52,104 nt of DNA from Nemertoderma westbladi (GCA_032718475.1 JAUCBJ010003655.1:1-52104); one strand, 5' to 3'. Positions 24,486-38,390 are shown, counted from the stretch's first letter. Notes: generated from the sequence alone by a model not told the origin. Translations and numbers: made by a program.

Positions 24486-26006
24486 TGTCAATTATTTTAT
24501 AATAACTGTATTTCTGAATTTTAGGGTTACTTTTCTTTACTTTATTACTGATATTTAAGCAGTAGTCCAACTGATATTAAGACCTAATTGATGGATGACA
24601 GGCCTACTATTTTATAAATCGGTTTGAGTTGATTTATAATATATATATACCCGTTTAATGGGTTTTTGTTACAATATTTGAAATAAATGTTATTATTTCT
24701 AGGTAAGGAGTCACTTCACAGAAGCTGAACGCTCTCAGTGGAGTTCTACTTATTGGACACTAAAACAAATAATTCTAATTTACTAAGTTACTTAATACTA
24801 CAAATTACGTACAATTACTGTGTGAGATTACAATCTCTAAATAAACACAAAAGTTACACGTACAAATTTTTAGGGGTAATTTTAAAAGAAATCTACAAAC
24901 CAGCCTAACAAGGAGTTAGAATTTCTGGTTCTTACAAACTGACAGGATACTACGGTATTTGAAAATAATAAAGCAGTAGTAAATATATTGCGTTGTCTAG
25001 ATAAGAAAATACCACTGTCTGACGACTTATAGTCTCTAGCTTTACAGCTCTATATAAGTACTACGTTATGTACCCGGAATGTCCCTACCTAGAAGTTAAT
25101 TACCGCAGCCTACCAGAGCTAACGTGCCTATTAACCACTTTACAACACAAATATACTGCCTACACACTAATTACCTTCGGAAAGCACTGTATACTAAACC
25201 CTAAATTAGGTACAAGTACTTATACAACAAATAACCAGCAGTTAAAAATACTTGTACAGCTAAAAGAACCACGGTATCTGCTGGAGTGACTTGAGCATAA
25301 AATCACCAGTCTTTACCTACGCCAAACAGCCCTGATGTAGTACCGGGGTTAATTTAACTATAACGGTATGTATAAGAAGCACAATTACTGTAGGAATAAA
25401 CTTGGGGTTGTGTATGTTGCGAATAATCGCATAAACTCTGAATAATAAATATTACACTACCCGTACAGACTGCACAAACAAAATACAAACCAAATGCTGA
25501 CAGACTACTATCAAGCCTAAATAAACTACAGTATATGCAGACTCCGAAATGGTAGTTAGTATGCGTTCTAACCGAGTAGTACGACTTATTCTTTCGGAGG
25601 GTATTTACCTTACAACACTGGATGCCCCCACCTTCATAACTAGTATTTTATCGGACATACACTCTACACACACTGCAATCTCTTCGGACCTGACAACAGC
25701 CAGACAACAATCCAGCCTACAAATTACTTGTACAATCTGAGCAGGCTTACACGCCTTCTGCTCAATATTAACTTACAGAAAAATAAAACTGACAGAAATA
25801 AGTAAAATCCCAATAAAAAACCAGGGCTGCAGTCCCTGATTAAATATCAAGACCTACCGGTATATAATTATCAAAATCGAATAATACTGATGTACCTGTA
25901 AGTACCGGTTCGGGTGGTTAGGTAGTTAGGCCTACAGGTTACCGGTCGACCGGTACATTTGACTTTATTGCCTACGTTGCAATAAAGAAACTAGAATAAC
26001 TGTTAT

Positions 26007-27123
26007 TGTTCGCGCTTTTAGACCTTTAGCAGTTTAACCCGCCAATTTTAGGTGTCTTCTAGTTTATAAATCGACTTTAGCCTATAACAAGTATTTGATG
26101 CATATAAAGTTACATTAGCCGAAGCCAGCCTATGCGCGACCATTCACCCACAGTTAAGGGAGACTGGATTCGGAGGCTCTGACCTTATTGCGGTGTAGAC
26201 TTACTGTATTATTCGATTGCTCGTTACTATAATATCTCTGACAAATATTATTTACTTTCGGGAAATATTAACAGTTCCTTTAGGACGTGGCGCTCTAAGT
26301 ATGTAAACAGAGTTATGACTTACACTAAACACAATGGGATGGCTAATGATTTTCGTATAAAGCGCATTCTTTAGGAAATGCTTTGTTATCTGTCACACTC
26401 ATGCACACCACCGCACACTGCTGCACACTGATCTGCCGACCTTCACTAAATTTGATCATATATAAGGAGAATAGCAACTGACACATGTAGGGATTATGAA
26501 ATAGCATTCAATTCACTCCAAAACCACTATAATGTAAGTCGCAGTCATTATAGATATTCTCCAAATATAACAACATATCCACCAACTTATAACAATTAAT
26601 AACCGACAGTAAACAGATATGTATGGTTCGTGTGTACTGGGTACTGAGTCTGCGTAACTTGATAACAGTTATACGTTCCTATAATCAAAGCCGTCGAATT
26701 TTTGGCTAAAGTCTGAAACTAAGAATAATTCCAAAGCCGAGGTTCTGGGGCTCAGGAAAAGGTAAACAAAGACCGTCATGCATTGCGCGATTTCCCGTAG
26801 GCTTCTGTACAAATAAAATGAAAATCGCTCTGATTGGTCGAGTGAGCCGAACAAAGAAAGTTAAGAAAGCTCCACATCGACATCAAATCAGCTGATAGAT
26901 TTCGTCATCTGAATTACACTGAGTTAAGAGTATTTGGCGTATTGCGGCATAAAATGGCTTGTTATGTCCGCTAAAGTACACATACAGAAAAAATTGCTTT
27001 TTATGTCCGCTAAAACACCTACACAGTACTTTGCGGGAAAAATGGCTTGTTATGTCCGCTAAAACAACTAAACAGTTCATTGCGGAGAAAAAATGACTGG
27101 TTATATCCGCAAAAGCCTTTACA
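26007..27123 (-). repeat. 5' LTR (1117 bp)
   Basis: About 12 substitutions and one ~61-bp indel relative to 12384-13561 (manual count). Confidence 0.95.
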
Positions 27124-27590
27124 TGTCGGATGTCCGAATTGGTTATGTAATTTTAGTATAGACTCCTTGTTCAAGTTAACAACTTGAGCTGATTCACACT
27201 CACTCAACTTAGAACTAAACAAATCAATAGTATAGTGTCCACACTGAATTTCCTTTAGAGATACCAAGTCATTTCTTACAGTCATTGTATGGGTCGTAAA
27301 GTCAATGATTGCATCCATCTTCTTCAATGATTCAACTGAAATCAGTAATGGTAGATCACCTGCAATAATCTCTACCTTTAAGGTATGTTTTTACCCGCAA
27401 TCCAAATGGGAATTATCGTACAGAACATAGCCTTGCACTGCTCACCACCTCCAAATGTAAATCCTGCATTTGTATAAAAAATTTCGACCTCAGCATCACA
27501 ATTCTTTCTGATCCAACAACAATACATGTAATACCACTTGTAACCTGCCACTGTTTTTGTACAAGCAGTGTCAATTATGCCTCTTGGCAA
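27124..27590 (-). mobile_element. Copia remnant, 5' part (protease and pre-integrase), continuous with 12383 across the insertion
   Basis: IIDTACTKTVAG..W, then LHNQFGHPTC continuing as EKLGSLL...CESC on the other side of the BEL element. Confidence 0.85.
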
Positions 27591-28380
27591 TTGTTACTTT
27601 TTCGCTCGAATATATCCCAAAATAGGGAGAAAAATAGGTACTTTTCCATAGGGAGAAAAAGTAACACAGAGGATTGCATTGATTTTGCTTTTTTTCCTGG
27701 CGAAAAATTAAATTAAAATAATTTTAGTAGAATTTCTTAAATTTTATTACATAAGGGCATCGAAATCAAAACGGTTTGCAAGTAATTTGAACAAAATCCA
27801 TTCACACACGCAACTTTCTGCTCGGCGTACTGCAAAACGGAACTCAATAACCTATATTGCTTTTTAGAACAAAATATAAATATCATACACTATTCTAGAA
27901 CATAAATAAAGTAAAATATATAATATTCTAGAACATATAGCTAGTTATTTTTCAAATTTAAAATTGCTAGTAATTAAAAAAATTATACAAAAAATTTTTG
28001 GGGTTCGAAATGCACAGAGTCAATTATAAGACAGGTACGGAGAATAATAAGGAAAATATACAACGCCAGAGCTTTGTGTGAGGAGGGCATTAATTATGAA
28101 GATTAATTCTCCGAAAAACTGTCAAAATACATGTGGAGGCAACAGATAAAGAAAAGGAAAATTAAATGGATTCCATAAGATATTAAAGGCCAACAAAAGC
28201 CAATACCCAATATATAATAACTTTTAAGTGGTGGCAAAAAAAGTAGGCGTAGCGAGACAAATAAGAAAGCAAAACAAAAATGTTACGTTTTATTTGTTGT
28301 AAGTCTTCTCTCACTTTTATCTGGGCCTATTTCAGCTTAAATATCGTCCATCGAATCTTCTTCCATAGTGAAATACGGGG

Positions 28381-28500
28381 GCATTACTATGTTATGGGTA
28401 CCCACTTATTAACCATTTTATTTCATATGAAAATATCTTTTATCATGAGGTTTTTTTTATCTAGAACAAATATTTGACCTTCTGACAGTAGTATGGTATT
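28381..28500. mobile_element. Left-end fragment of the GG-terminal MITE family
   Basis: ggcattactatgttatgggtacccactt matches the TIR at 3181 and the following interior sequence. Confidence 0.65.
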
Positions 28501-29700
28501 TTTTTCCAAAAAATGTTCTATAAAAACGTGTTCTAGAACTAAAATAGTTATCAAAATTGATAGCTAACACGTGTTCTATAACATTTATAAAAAATAGCAA
28601 AAACTATAATTAATATATAATTATAAATTATCTGTTTAATCTATTATCTATTTAAATGCAATATTATTATTAATCTCATGGAAACATAACTTTTTTATTC
28701 ACATATAAAGTGTTCTTTTTTTCAAACTTGTTAACGACTTCGACAAAAAAAGTGAATTACAACAAATAGATAATCTAATTAGTTACATCGGTATACGAAA
28801 ACTTTATAATCAATATTAATTTAAATCCATTCAGAAAATTATTTAAAAAATTTTTTTTTTAAATTTACTAGAACACGAAATGAGAACGATGGGCTTTCGC
28901 TGCGTCATAGATGCTTACAAATTATAGTTACTAACATCTGGGCAAGTGGCTGCTGAACTGGATTTATTTTCGTGAGTCGTACTATCCTTATTCTATCCAT
29001 TATTTTATTGTGTTGTGCATATTGCATAATTTTTTGTCGTCCAGAGATCGAATTAAAAGAAATTGAATTGAACATCACTTCACAGCTTTATTAATCATAC
29101 CACGCTATTACTGTACTCATTCTGTTTGTCAGTGTTATATCCACGGTTGTTACTCTCTTAATTACATCGTTTATTGGTTTGGTATTATTACTAACAATGG
29201 TTATACCGAAGTCTTTGAAGGGTAACGTATTTTGTGTAATTTTATCAATTCCGAAAGGTATTGTTGATATGGTATGGGTGCCAGGAATGCCTCATCTCAT
29301 AGTTTGAAAACCACTGGAACTATTACATTTTTACTTGTCTCATCTGAAAGAGGACATAATTTTAGGTAGGTCAAAGTACTTTCGACGCGCTAGACCTATT
29401 GTTTCAGGCATTCTATCTAAGAGAAAAAAATGGCCCATAAAATTTAGGGGCTTTATAGCAGCGTGACGGGTCATATCTTTAAAAAAACTGAAAAAACCAA
29501 TGTTTTATGTAATTTTTCGTTCAAAAAATGGGGAAATATTATTAAATTATAAAAAGTGCGTGAAATATATTAAAGCTTATGAAATTACCTTTCATATAAA
29601 GAAAAATTGAAAAAAAAGGTAAAGAAATGGCAGGGTAGTTTTTTCGTGCGAAAAAATATCATTCTGAGATAATCGCCTTCAAAGTTCAAACCTTCCCGCG

Positions 29701-30177
29701 CAAAACAACCTGTATGGGTGGGGGTCTCTGGTTGGTTAATAGCGTCAGTAAATATATGAAGGTCTCTGGTTGGTTAATAGCGTCAGTAATTACCAAAACA
29801 ACCTGTATGGGTGGGGGGTCTCTGGTTGGTTAATAGCGTCAGTAATTACATGAAGGTCTCTGGTTGGTTAATAGCGTCAGTAATTACATGAAGGTCTCTG
29901 GTTGGTTAATAGCGTCAGTAATTACCAAAACAACCTGTATGGGTGGGGGTCTCTGGTTGGTTAATAGCATCAGTAATTACATGAAGGTCTCTGGTTGGTT
30001 AATAGCGTCAGTAATTACATGAAGGTCTCTGGTTGGTTAATAGCGTCAGTAATTACATGAAGGTCTCTGGTTGGTTAATAGCGTCAGTAAATACATGAAG
30101 GTCTCTGGTTGGTTAATAGCGTCAGTAAATACATGAAGGTCTCTGGTTGGTTAATAGCGTCAGTAATTACATGAAGG
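29701..30177. repeat. 38-bp minisatellite with interspersed longer variant units
   Basis: Unit atgaaggtctctggttggttaatagcgtcagtaattac, about 11 copies; three carry caaaacaacctgtatgggtgggg in place of atgaa. Confidence 0.95.
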
Positions 30178-30416
30178 AATCACACCACTGAGCTAAAATT
30201 ATATTTATGGGGGTTTTCGGGGTCGGTGATTTCATTTTCGATGAAAGTTTTAATATTTGGTGGAATGTCGTCTTTCTGTCCGACTGTCGTACATTTTAAC
30301 AGACAAATTGGCAGACAGATATTCTACGATAAACTCGAAAACTAAAAGAGATCTCTCTAAGTCGTTTTCAGATTTGAAATTCCCATTAAATCCTGCTCTA
30401 GATGCAATAAAAAATC

Positions 30417-30447
<31 letters not shown>

Positions 30448-30533
30448 AGGGCTATCTTTATTCATTAACTCATACGAGTATGAGGATGAGGAATGAGGGC
30501 AACACAACCCTATACATATACAATATCTCTATT

Positions 30534-33500
30534 TAGTACGGGCTCTGGCGGCGTTAAGCGCAATACCTTCGGTAAATTAACGAGACTATTATTTTTGGAT
30601 GGAGGACCATGTTAGACGTCAGAACACAGTTGGTGATCGGTATAGCTAATTTGCATTCTAGAACTACAGGCCAAAAACAAGCTAGCTAGCCGACCCCTAC
30701 CTAACTCTATGTTGGGCCCTCTGGTTGAATATAAATGCAATCATTTTTTTCAATTGAACATTTTTCTTATAGAGGGAAGACCGGCGATTAATTTAAATAC
30801 AAATATATCGCAACTTTTATTTTTTAAATGCGATAAATTTACATGAGAACAAAATACTTTCACTTTTTTTAAGAAACCAACATTTACATTAACTGCCATA
30901 AAATGTAGCTACTTTGGTTTAACACGTTCAAACATGTATCAAAATTTGCGCTAATTATTTCTGCATTCACCCATGCAACTCATTTTGGATGAGTACTAAA
31001 TCCTCCTAGTCAATTAGCCCGATTATTATCGGGGAAACGATAATCAGAGAATATTCAGAGAAAGTATACTCTCTGACATTTGGAAATATTTACTACAGTT
31101 ACTAGGCAACTATATGTACTGTAGGCCTATGTTGTGTACCAGTGTAGGCGATTCCTTACATTATATTAATTGTTTTTTAATGTATTATACAAAATTCATG
31201 CGCTTATACATAAACTGAGTCACAGATCGTTGCAAATTCTTATGACAGATCCTCCTGAACTGTACTCATTGTTCAAAGATCTAGTGTTACCCGAACAATT
31301 AATCGGTGGCACTCCGGTTGTGGGCTCCCTAGATAAATAATACAAAGATGGAACTGATATTCTGAGAGTCAGAATTTATACTTTCGCTTTCAAACTTTTC
31401 TACTACAGTAGCTTATTATGTTATGACAAAAACCGAAGCAAAGTTATAATATTCTTAGCAATTAGGAAAATAATATTTACTAAAATAAATTGTCATTTCT
31501 TCAATATAATTATAATTATTTATTTAACAGCAACAAATTTTGTTTACCAGAGGGAATATAATTTGCCATAAACGAAACGTACAGAACAGAAATGCCATGC
31601 AATCAATGAATATATTACAATATAAGTAAGTAGGTATATCAGTAAATCGGGTGTATTAAAGGAAAAGTAATATCTTATATAGTTTTCTGTAAGGTAATAA
31701 ATATATCAACATTGGAAGGCGTGTAGGATGGTAAAATACTATTAAATGTCCGTGTACAAACTCTTATAGAACTCTGTTTAGTCGAATTGGGGGTTCCACC
31801 ATTAAGGTAACGTATTCTTAAGCCTATGAAAAATTTTATTACATAAATGCTTAAGAACATAGATATGGATGGATATTCCTTTCCACTGTATATTCAAATT
31901 ATGTAAGAATGCAAACACTCCTGGTTATAAGTTACTTAATTCTTCATTAGAATTCTTCATTAGTCTGTCAGTGCGACAACTCAGCTGTACAGGACGAACA
32001 TCATGTTCTACTTCACTGTCCTACAGTATGTCTCCACATATACGTAGTAAGTTTAGCATCCGGTAGTGCAATCAGATTTGCAGAGCCTTTTTGCCTTGTC
32101 GCCAGAACTTTGGTGCTTATTTAACTATTTAATTTTAGTAATTATCAATAAATATAATATATTTCTACTAATACAGTATAATGTAAATGCATTGGCAATA
32201 ATGCCAAATGAATCATGAAAGTTGTCCTAAACTAATCACTTGCTTCATCCTCATCGCTCGTTTCACTATCTTCGCCACTATCTTTGCCGCCTTCTTGTTC
32301 CTCGTCACAATTTATCAAAATATTGCTGATGTCATAAGGGAAATACTCATCCGACCAGTGGATGGATCCATCATCATTCCAGCCATGATCTGTGAATCTA
32401 TTTATCGCGATAATATTATTTAGTGATGCTTTCCAGAGGTAAGCAACATAGTTGGCTCGTTTTATATGGAGACTAAGTACTCTTTTACAAGGGGGCATTG
32501 TTGACAAGTCATGGCATCTATGTTTCTTTAGGCAGTGCAAATTAAAAATCTGGTATCTAAGCTCATTGACAGTCCAATGTTGTTCTTGTTTGGTTGAATA
32601 CAGTGAGCACACATACTTCTCTAACACCAATTCCGTCTCTGCAGTTAATATTATCGAGCTTCCAAGCTCGGCAAATATTCTTCTGAAGTTCGAACGCTTT
32701 TCAGCTATCTTCCAACAGCGTTTTTTAGATTTTCCAAAGAATGATGAAACCTGATCGTTTCCTGTAAAAGCGTGTACTCCTAGTATGCAGTCTTTTAGTT
32801 CTGTTGGCATTTCGAAATCACTAATTCGCAATACCTTGCGGGATTTGTTCCTTCCATTATCTAAAATAACGTTTTGATCGTGAGGATGTCGAAAAAAATG
32901 TAAACCTTACTTTTGTCGGCACTGAAATGGCCCTTTCTTTTTAATATTGAGTTAAAGAATGTCTCAAGTGATTTTGGGAATTCTTTCTGTATATCTTTCA
33001 GCGACTCAATATTTGGTAGCTTACCACCACTTATGTTTTCATATTTGTCTATAAATTCGACAACATCATCATGGATATATTCAGCCGCATTCCTAATTAT
33101 TATATTCTTATCTTTGGCTATTGTATTTGATTGCAATGCGGATGAACTGGCTACAAGTTCTGGAGAAGCCTGTAAGAAGGTAATTCTATCCTTATACTCT
33201 TGTTGGATCTGCTTCTTTAATGTACTGCGAACTTCTTTCATTGTCTGTACCAAAACCTGTTCCATATGCTTTGTGTAAATTCAAAATCGACAATATTCCT
33301 TCTCTGTGTATTATCTGGTTGTCGACGACTTCTTTAACTTTATCAAAATCCCCAACTTGATTTTCCGATTTATCCTTAGTTTGAGTTTCACGTATAATTC
33401 TTGTGTATGATGCATAACAATCATCATGGACACACACACCTTCGGCAATTAAATCTGCACTCTGTAACTCCAAGAGTAATTTAGAATCGTTTCGTTGCAA

Positions 33501-35242
33501 AGCAGCATCTTTTATTCTTTTATCGGCATCAAGAGTTAAAATCCGGTGAGCAGATTTCCATTTACCTTTAAAATACCTTCACCTTTTGTGACAAAAAATG
33601 CAAGAATCCGGGAATAAGTCGCGCGAATTCTCCTTATCTCGACGATAACGCTTCGGCCTATCCGAATTCCCTCCCAGCATGATGAAATTCTCATTATCCT
33701 GACTCTTTCTTTTTGTGCTGATAGAAATAATTTTAGTAAATTTTTTATAGCATGTGTCAGCATGAAGTCCATGCTCTTCAGTACTGTAATTATCAATTGG
33801 AATAGACTCACATTGGTCCAAATGGTTATTTTCTGGTACTGCATTATTGATTCTCAAAGTGCGAGCTTGCAAAATTCGTTGGTATTGATGCTGAGTAATT
33901 GGTTTTATAGGTTTTAATATGTTGATGTCTTTATAGTGTACAATGCAAACTGGTTTGGATGTCATCATTATAAATAATGTATAGAGTATAGTATACACTT
34001 TGCTAAGATTTAGTACATCCATATTCCATAATGTATTTTATATTCAATATACAGTATAAACTGTTCTAAAAATATCAGCTATTTTTTAACAGTTCCGCAT
34101 AGCACTACATTTTTATAACATAAGTCACTGTTACCATGGCAACATTGTAGAGTTCTAGAACACAAAATATATAATATACACTATTCTAGAACATAAATAA
34201 TATACAAAATATAACGTTCTAGAATATATAGCTTGTTATTTTTCAAATTTAAATTAGCTACTATAAAGATATACAATTAATATTAAAAAAAAATTTTGTT
34301 CTAGAACAAAATTTTTATATTAAATTAATAGATAATATGTTTTAGAACATTAAAAGTAATAAAAACTAGCTAGTATAACAAATTTGGGGGGGGGGGGGGG
34401 TGTGCACAAAACACACTAGTACCACCATCCACGGTGGACGGCCTTCACATACGATCGCTGCGAATATAAGTATTAAATAGCTAACATTTTTAAGAACATC
34501 GGCGGTACATACTGTAAACTACTAACTCTTATTAAAAAAAAACACAGGGGGCTGCTTTAAAACGATTTGATTGTGCCTGCGTGTTTAGTGTATACAGTCA
34601 GTCGCCTAGAAACTACACAACGCCAGGTAATACATGTAATGGAGTGCCGTTCACAGAATAGTTAGTTACCTTAGTAACTGTAGTAAATATTTCCAAATGT
34701 CAGAGACTATACTTTCTCTGAATATTCTCTGATTATCGTTTCCCCGATAATAATCGGGGTAATTGACTAGGAGGATTTAGTACTCATCCAAAATGAGTTG
34801 CATGGGTGAATGCAGAAATAATTAGCGCAAATTTTGATACATGTTTGAACGTGTTAAACCAAAGTAGCTACATTTTATGGCAGTTAATGTAAATGTTGGA
34901 TTCTTAAAAAAAGTGAATGTATTTTGTTCTCATGTAAATTTATCGCATTTAAAAAACAAAAGTGGCGATATATTTGTATTTAAATTAATCGCCGGTCTCC
35001 CCTCTATAAGAAAAATGTTCATTTGAAAAAATTGATTGCATTTATATTCAACCAGAGGGCCCAACATAGAGTTAGGTAGGGGTCGGCTAGCTAGCTTGTT
35101 TTTGGCCTGTAGTTCTAGAATGAAAATTAGCTATACCGATCACCAACTGTGTTCTGACGTCTAACATGGTCCTCCATCCAAAAATAATAGTCTCGTTAAT
35201 TTACCGAAGGTATTGCGCTTAACGCCGCCAGAGCCCGTACTA
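30534..35242 (-). mobile_element. Academ-like (XPG-type) DNA transposon, internally deleted, ~570-bp TIRs
   Basis: TIRs 30534-~31105 and ~34670-35242 with TAG...CTA ends and 3-bp TSD att; transposase fragments include HAFTGNDQVSSFFGKSKK, MPPC..L.LHIKRANY...WK and DLIAEG..H..CY. Confidence 0.8.
32232..34022 (-). pseudogene. Academ-like transposase fragments (N-terminal part plus XPG/H3TH-like C-terminal part; middle missing)
   Basis: Frameshifted ORFs 33579-34022, 33192-33500, 32861-33265, 32232-32831. Confidence 0.7.
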
Positions 35243-36159
35243 ATTGTGTATCTATTCATAAATAAACAAAATGTTCCAGAACGTTGTGTAATTAATTATT
35301 AAATAGAGTAAATGGCCCCCTGTGGATTATAATTCTTGCATTCTTTAAACGCCTATATTAGTCAAGTAGACAGTGGTGATCACCACCGTTCAAATTGGGT
35401 ATGACTGCAATTTGTTTTCCTGAAAGTGTTCACTTGTATAAGACATTTGAAATTATGTTATATTTAACACAGTCAGCATTGAGCATTTTTTTAATAAGAA
35501 TTATTAATTTTAATTAAGAATATTTAACTTAACCACAGAAGTTTTGCATAGCAACAAGGTTAAATTAACACGAAGAGCTATTTTTACCTATGGAGACACT
35601 GTGCAATATAAATAACGAAAAACTAAGCTTAAAAATAATATACAAATATAAGGAATAAGCATTATAGTTGCAATAATCGGTTACAAATTTTGTAATACAT
35701 ACATAGCGCGGAGTGCACATTTTTGGAGCACATCATTGAGGCTAATTAATGCACCGACATATGTACCTCTCTGTCCTCAGTAATACCTGATGCCACGATA
35801 ATACACTCAAGATATGCATCCTCAAGACAAGAAGCCTCGGAATTATGAGTTTGGATGTAAATTCGTAGCCAACATATATGGATGTAATGGCGCTGCTACT
35901 ACTACTACAACTTCTAGATAGAGCGAGCGCGGACATTATGACGCTGCATGATGAGCTTCTGCACAGATTTCTCATTCCTGAAGTAGCAGTGTTCACCGAA
36001 ATTGATTTTTGATGTTTATGTAGGGTGATGTTAGGTTTAATAACTGGACCGTTGATGCATGTTTACTGAATTCGGTGACATCACTTTGAATTTACTGTAA
36101 ATAGTTTATTTATGATATTTGATTTATTTTTGATAATATATTAATTTACAAATTATGAC

Positions 36160-38390
36160 ACTCATTGTTCGCACACTTTCCAATACAAATTACAAGGAAC
36201 CTTTTTAGCCTGTCAACTACATCTTGCAGTAGAACAAGGTCTTTGAGAATTGCATCTACAGGATGCTACTGTATTAGTAATATAGGCTCTGGAACCATTG
36301 CTGGTACACCTGGATCTGGTTTAAGTTTGTTATCGGCCGACAACATCCAACCAAAGTTTGTTGGTTCTAGTGGTGGCTGAATAATGTCCGCAGCAGCTTT
36401 CCAGAACAATAACTGCAATCTCGCTTTTCATATATGCTGGACTGCTGAGACATCTGTTGAAGATAAACTTCGTATCTGAAATAAATAAGAAATTATTATT
36501 TTACTTTGTGCATGATATTTCGCATAGCTAGGTTAACTTGCAGGAATTTGATGTACAGTAGTGCGAGTATATGTAAAAAAAAATAGTCACAATACGAGTT
36601 TCTGTTCTCTACAGTAGTATTACAGTACACTTAATCAGAACCCTTAATACAACAACCATTTTTAGGGGGTCGGAGCCCCCCCTCCCCCCCTAATTTTTTT
36701 CAAATTTCAATAAAATGCTACAAAATTTGGTATGATGATAGCTCGACAACCTATTCTTACTGCTGGCCTGGCCGGATTTTTTAATTTCTAAGTTATTTCC
36801 ATACAACAAAACAAGCCCTTAAAAAATGTATATTTAGCAATGTTTAACCACCTCCGTAGACTTTATTTTTCGTCTTTGTAATGTAATCTAGATATCATTG
36901 GAACCGCCTTCGTCTGTAGATTCCGGTTAAATTTCACCTTGAACTTCCGGAGATATTATCAAAATACTAAGGTGTAAATTTTGTGATGTAAATCGCTATA
37001 ATTCTAATGTTTTTTTTACTCAATTCTAGAATATTATTATGGGTAATGAAAAAACATGATGGAGAGTTTTAAGCGCTCAGCTAAATAATAATTAATATTC
37101 TAGAATAAAGACAACAAAACATCAGAATTATAGCGATTTACGTCTCTAAATTTACACATTAGTATTTTGATAATATCTTTACCAATTTGTGGTTAAATTT
37201 AAAACGGTTTTCAGATTCGGAATCTACAGACGAAGGCGCTTCGAATGATATCTAGATTACATTTCAAAGAAGTAAAATAAAGTCTACGGAGGTGGTTAAA
37301 CATTGCTAAATAGACATTTTTTAAGGACTTGTTGAATGGAAATAACTGAGAAATTGAAAAATCCGGCCATGCCACCAGTAAGAAAAGGTGTCGATCTATC
37401 ATCATACCAAATGTGTTCATTTACATTACATTTCATTTGTAGCATTTTATTGAAATTTGAAAAAAAATTAGGGGGGGGGGGGGCTCCGATCCCCTAAAAA
37501 TGGTTGTTCTATTAAGGGTTATGGTGTATATGTACAGCGCTGGTTGTACACTAATAACAGTTGATCACCCATTAAAGTAATAACATAATAATTGTCTTAC
37601 CTTTGGGGAGGTTTGGTTGTAGTAAACATTTTGTATCGTACCCCATTCAATGATTTGGGCGCCCCTTCGCCTACAGATCGATTTAGGTTTAAGATTGATT
37701 GGTTTAAGATCGGCAAAAGGGTCAGTAAACGCGGTCAATGTGCTATTCATGGAAGGGAACAACTTTAGAGCTGTCTTCTTTCCTTTACGGAAGGGAAATG
37801 AAACCGTTATATGGTTTAGCACTCCCTTCACTTGATAGCTGTGTGAACTCTAAAGCTGTAGCGTTTCTCGATATCCATTTGGTGTATAATCACTTGTACA
37901 CTATCACATAATTATCATATCACACACTAATTATAGTTGGACTATCATTGAATACATCTTTGAAACAGAAGTCACATTCACTGGAATCTTTTGGGGCCGA
38001 TTTGCGAAATCTTAACACTTCATCATAACTAGCAATGTATCCACTCGAGTGTAAAATATCAATAAGTTCCCTGGATCCAAACTGGAAGTGTAGCTTTATA
38101 GCCAAACCAAGCGTGGTCTGATTATACGATTTACTGACTTGTGATTGTATAGATTGAGCGAGACATATACTTTTCATGGACAATTCACCACCTGACACTA
38201 AGGTTGAAGCGAATTCCAATAATGTTGGGCTTGTGAATTGAAGAGCACTTTCCTTTGAGAAATTTCTCAACCTGTAAGAAGTTTTAGTGTCCATATATTT
38301 CCTTAAGTTTGTAACCTCAGTACAAATTTTGCGGCATATAATGGCGATGCCATTTCTCTCCCTCGTCATCACTGGTCACCAGTTTTATAG
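36160..38390 (-). mobile_element. Second, more decayed Academ-like transposase remnant
   Basis: LAIKLHFQFGSRELIDILHSSGYIASYDEVLRF; SFPFRKGKKTA; KARLQLLFWK..FGW; Cys-rich tail CRCNSQRPCSTARCS near 36200-36260. Confidence 0.65.
36639..37520. mobile_element. Foldback/MITE with ~400-bp inverted arms, inserted in the Academ remnant
   Basis: aacccttaatacaacaaccatttttagggg vs cccctaaaaatggttgttctattaagggtt; arms stay alignable inward (tagcaatgtttaaccacctccgtagac / gtctacggaggtggttaaacattgcta). Confidence 0.85.

Larger units (their letters stand above)
12384..27123 (-). mobile_element. BEL/Pao LTR retrotransposon, non-autonomous (pol largely deleted), with large extra ORF
   Basis: Paired TG...CA LTRs; TSD tgtcg at 12379-12383 and 27124-27128; BEL-type gag and triple Cys/His array, DSG protease, NxAD..SRG..W..GP.FL and RPV..LCLL remnants. 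Confidence 0.92.

Noticed and set aside
29090-29316. 65-codon open stretch ending IAWYD* and a hAT-like cagtggttttcaaa terminus
   Set aside because: No start or splice support, and no partner TIR found
29701-30177. CRISPR-like repeat-spacer array
   Set aside because: The linkers are two recurring sequences, not unique spacers; no cas genes; eukaryotic context
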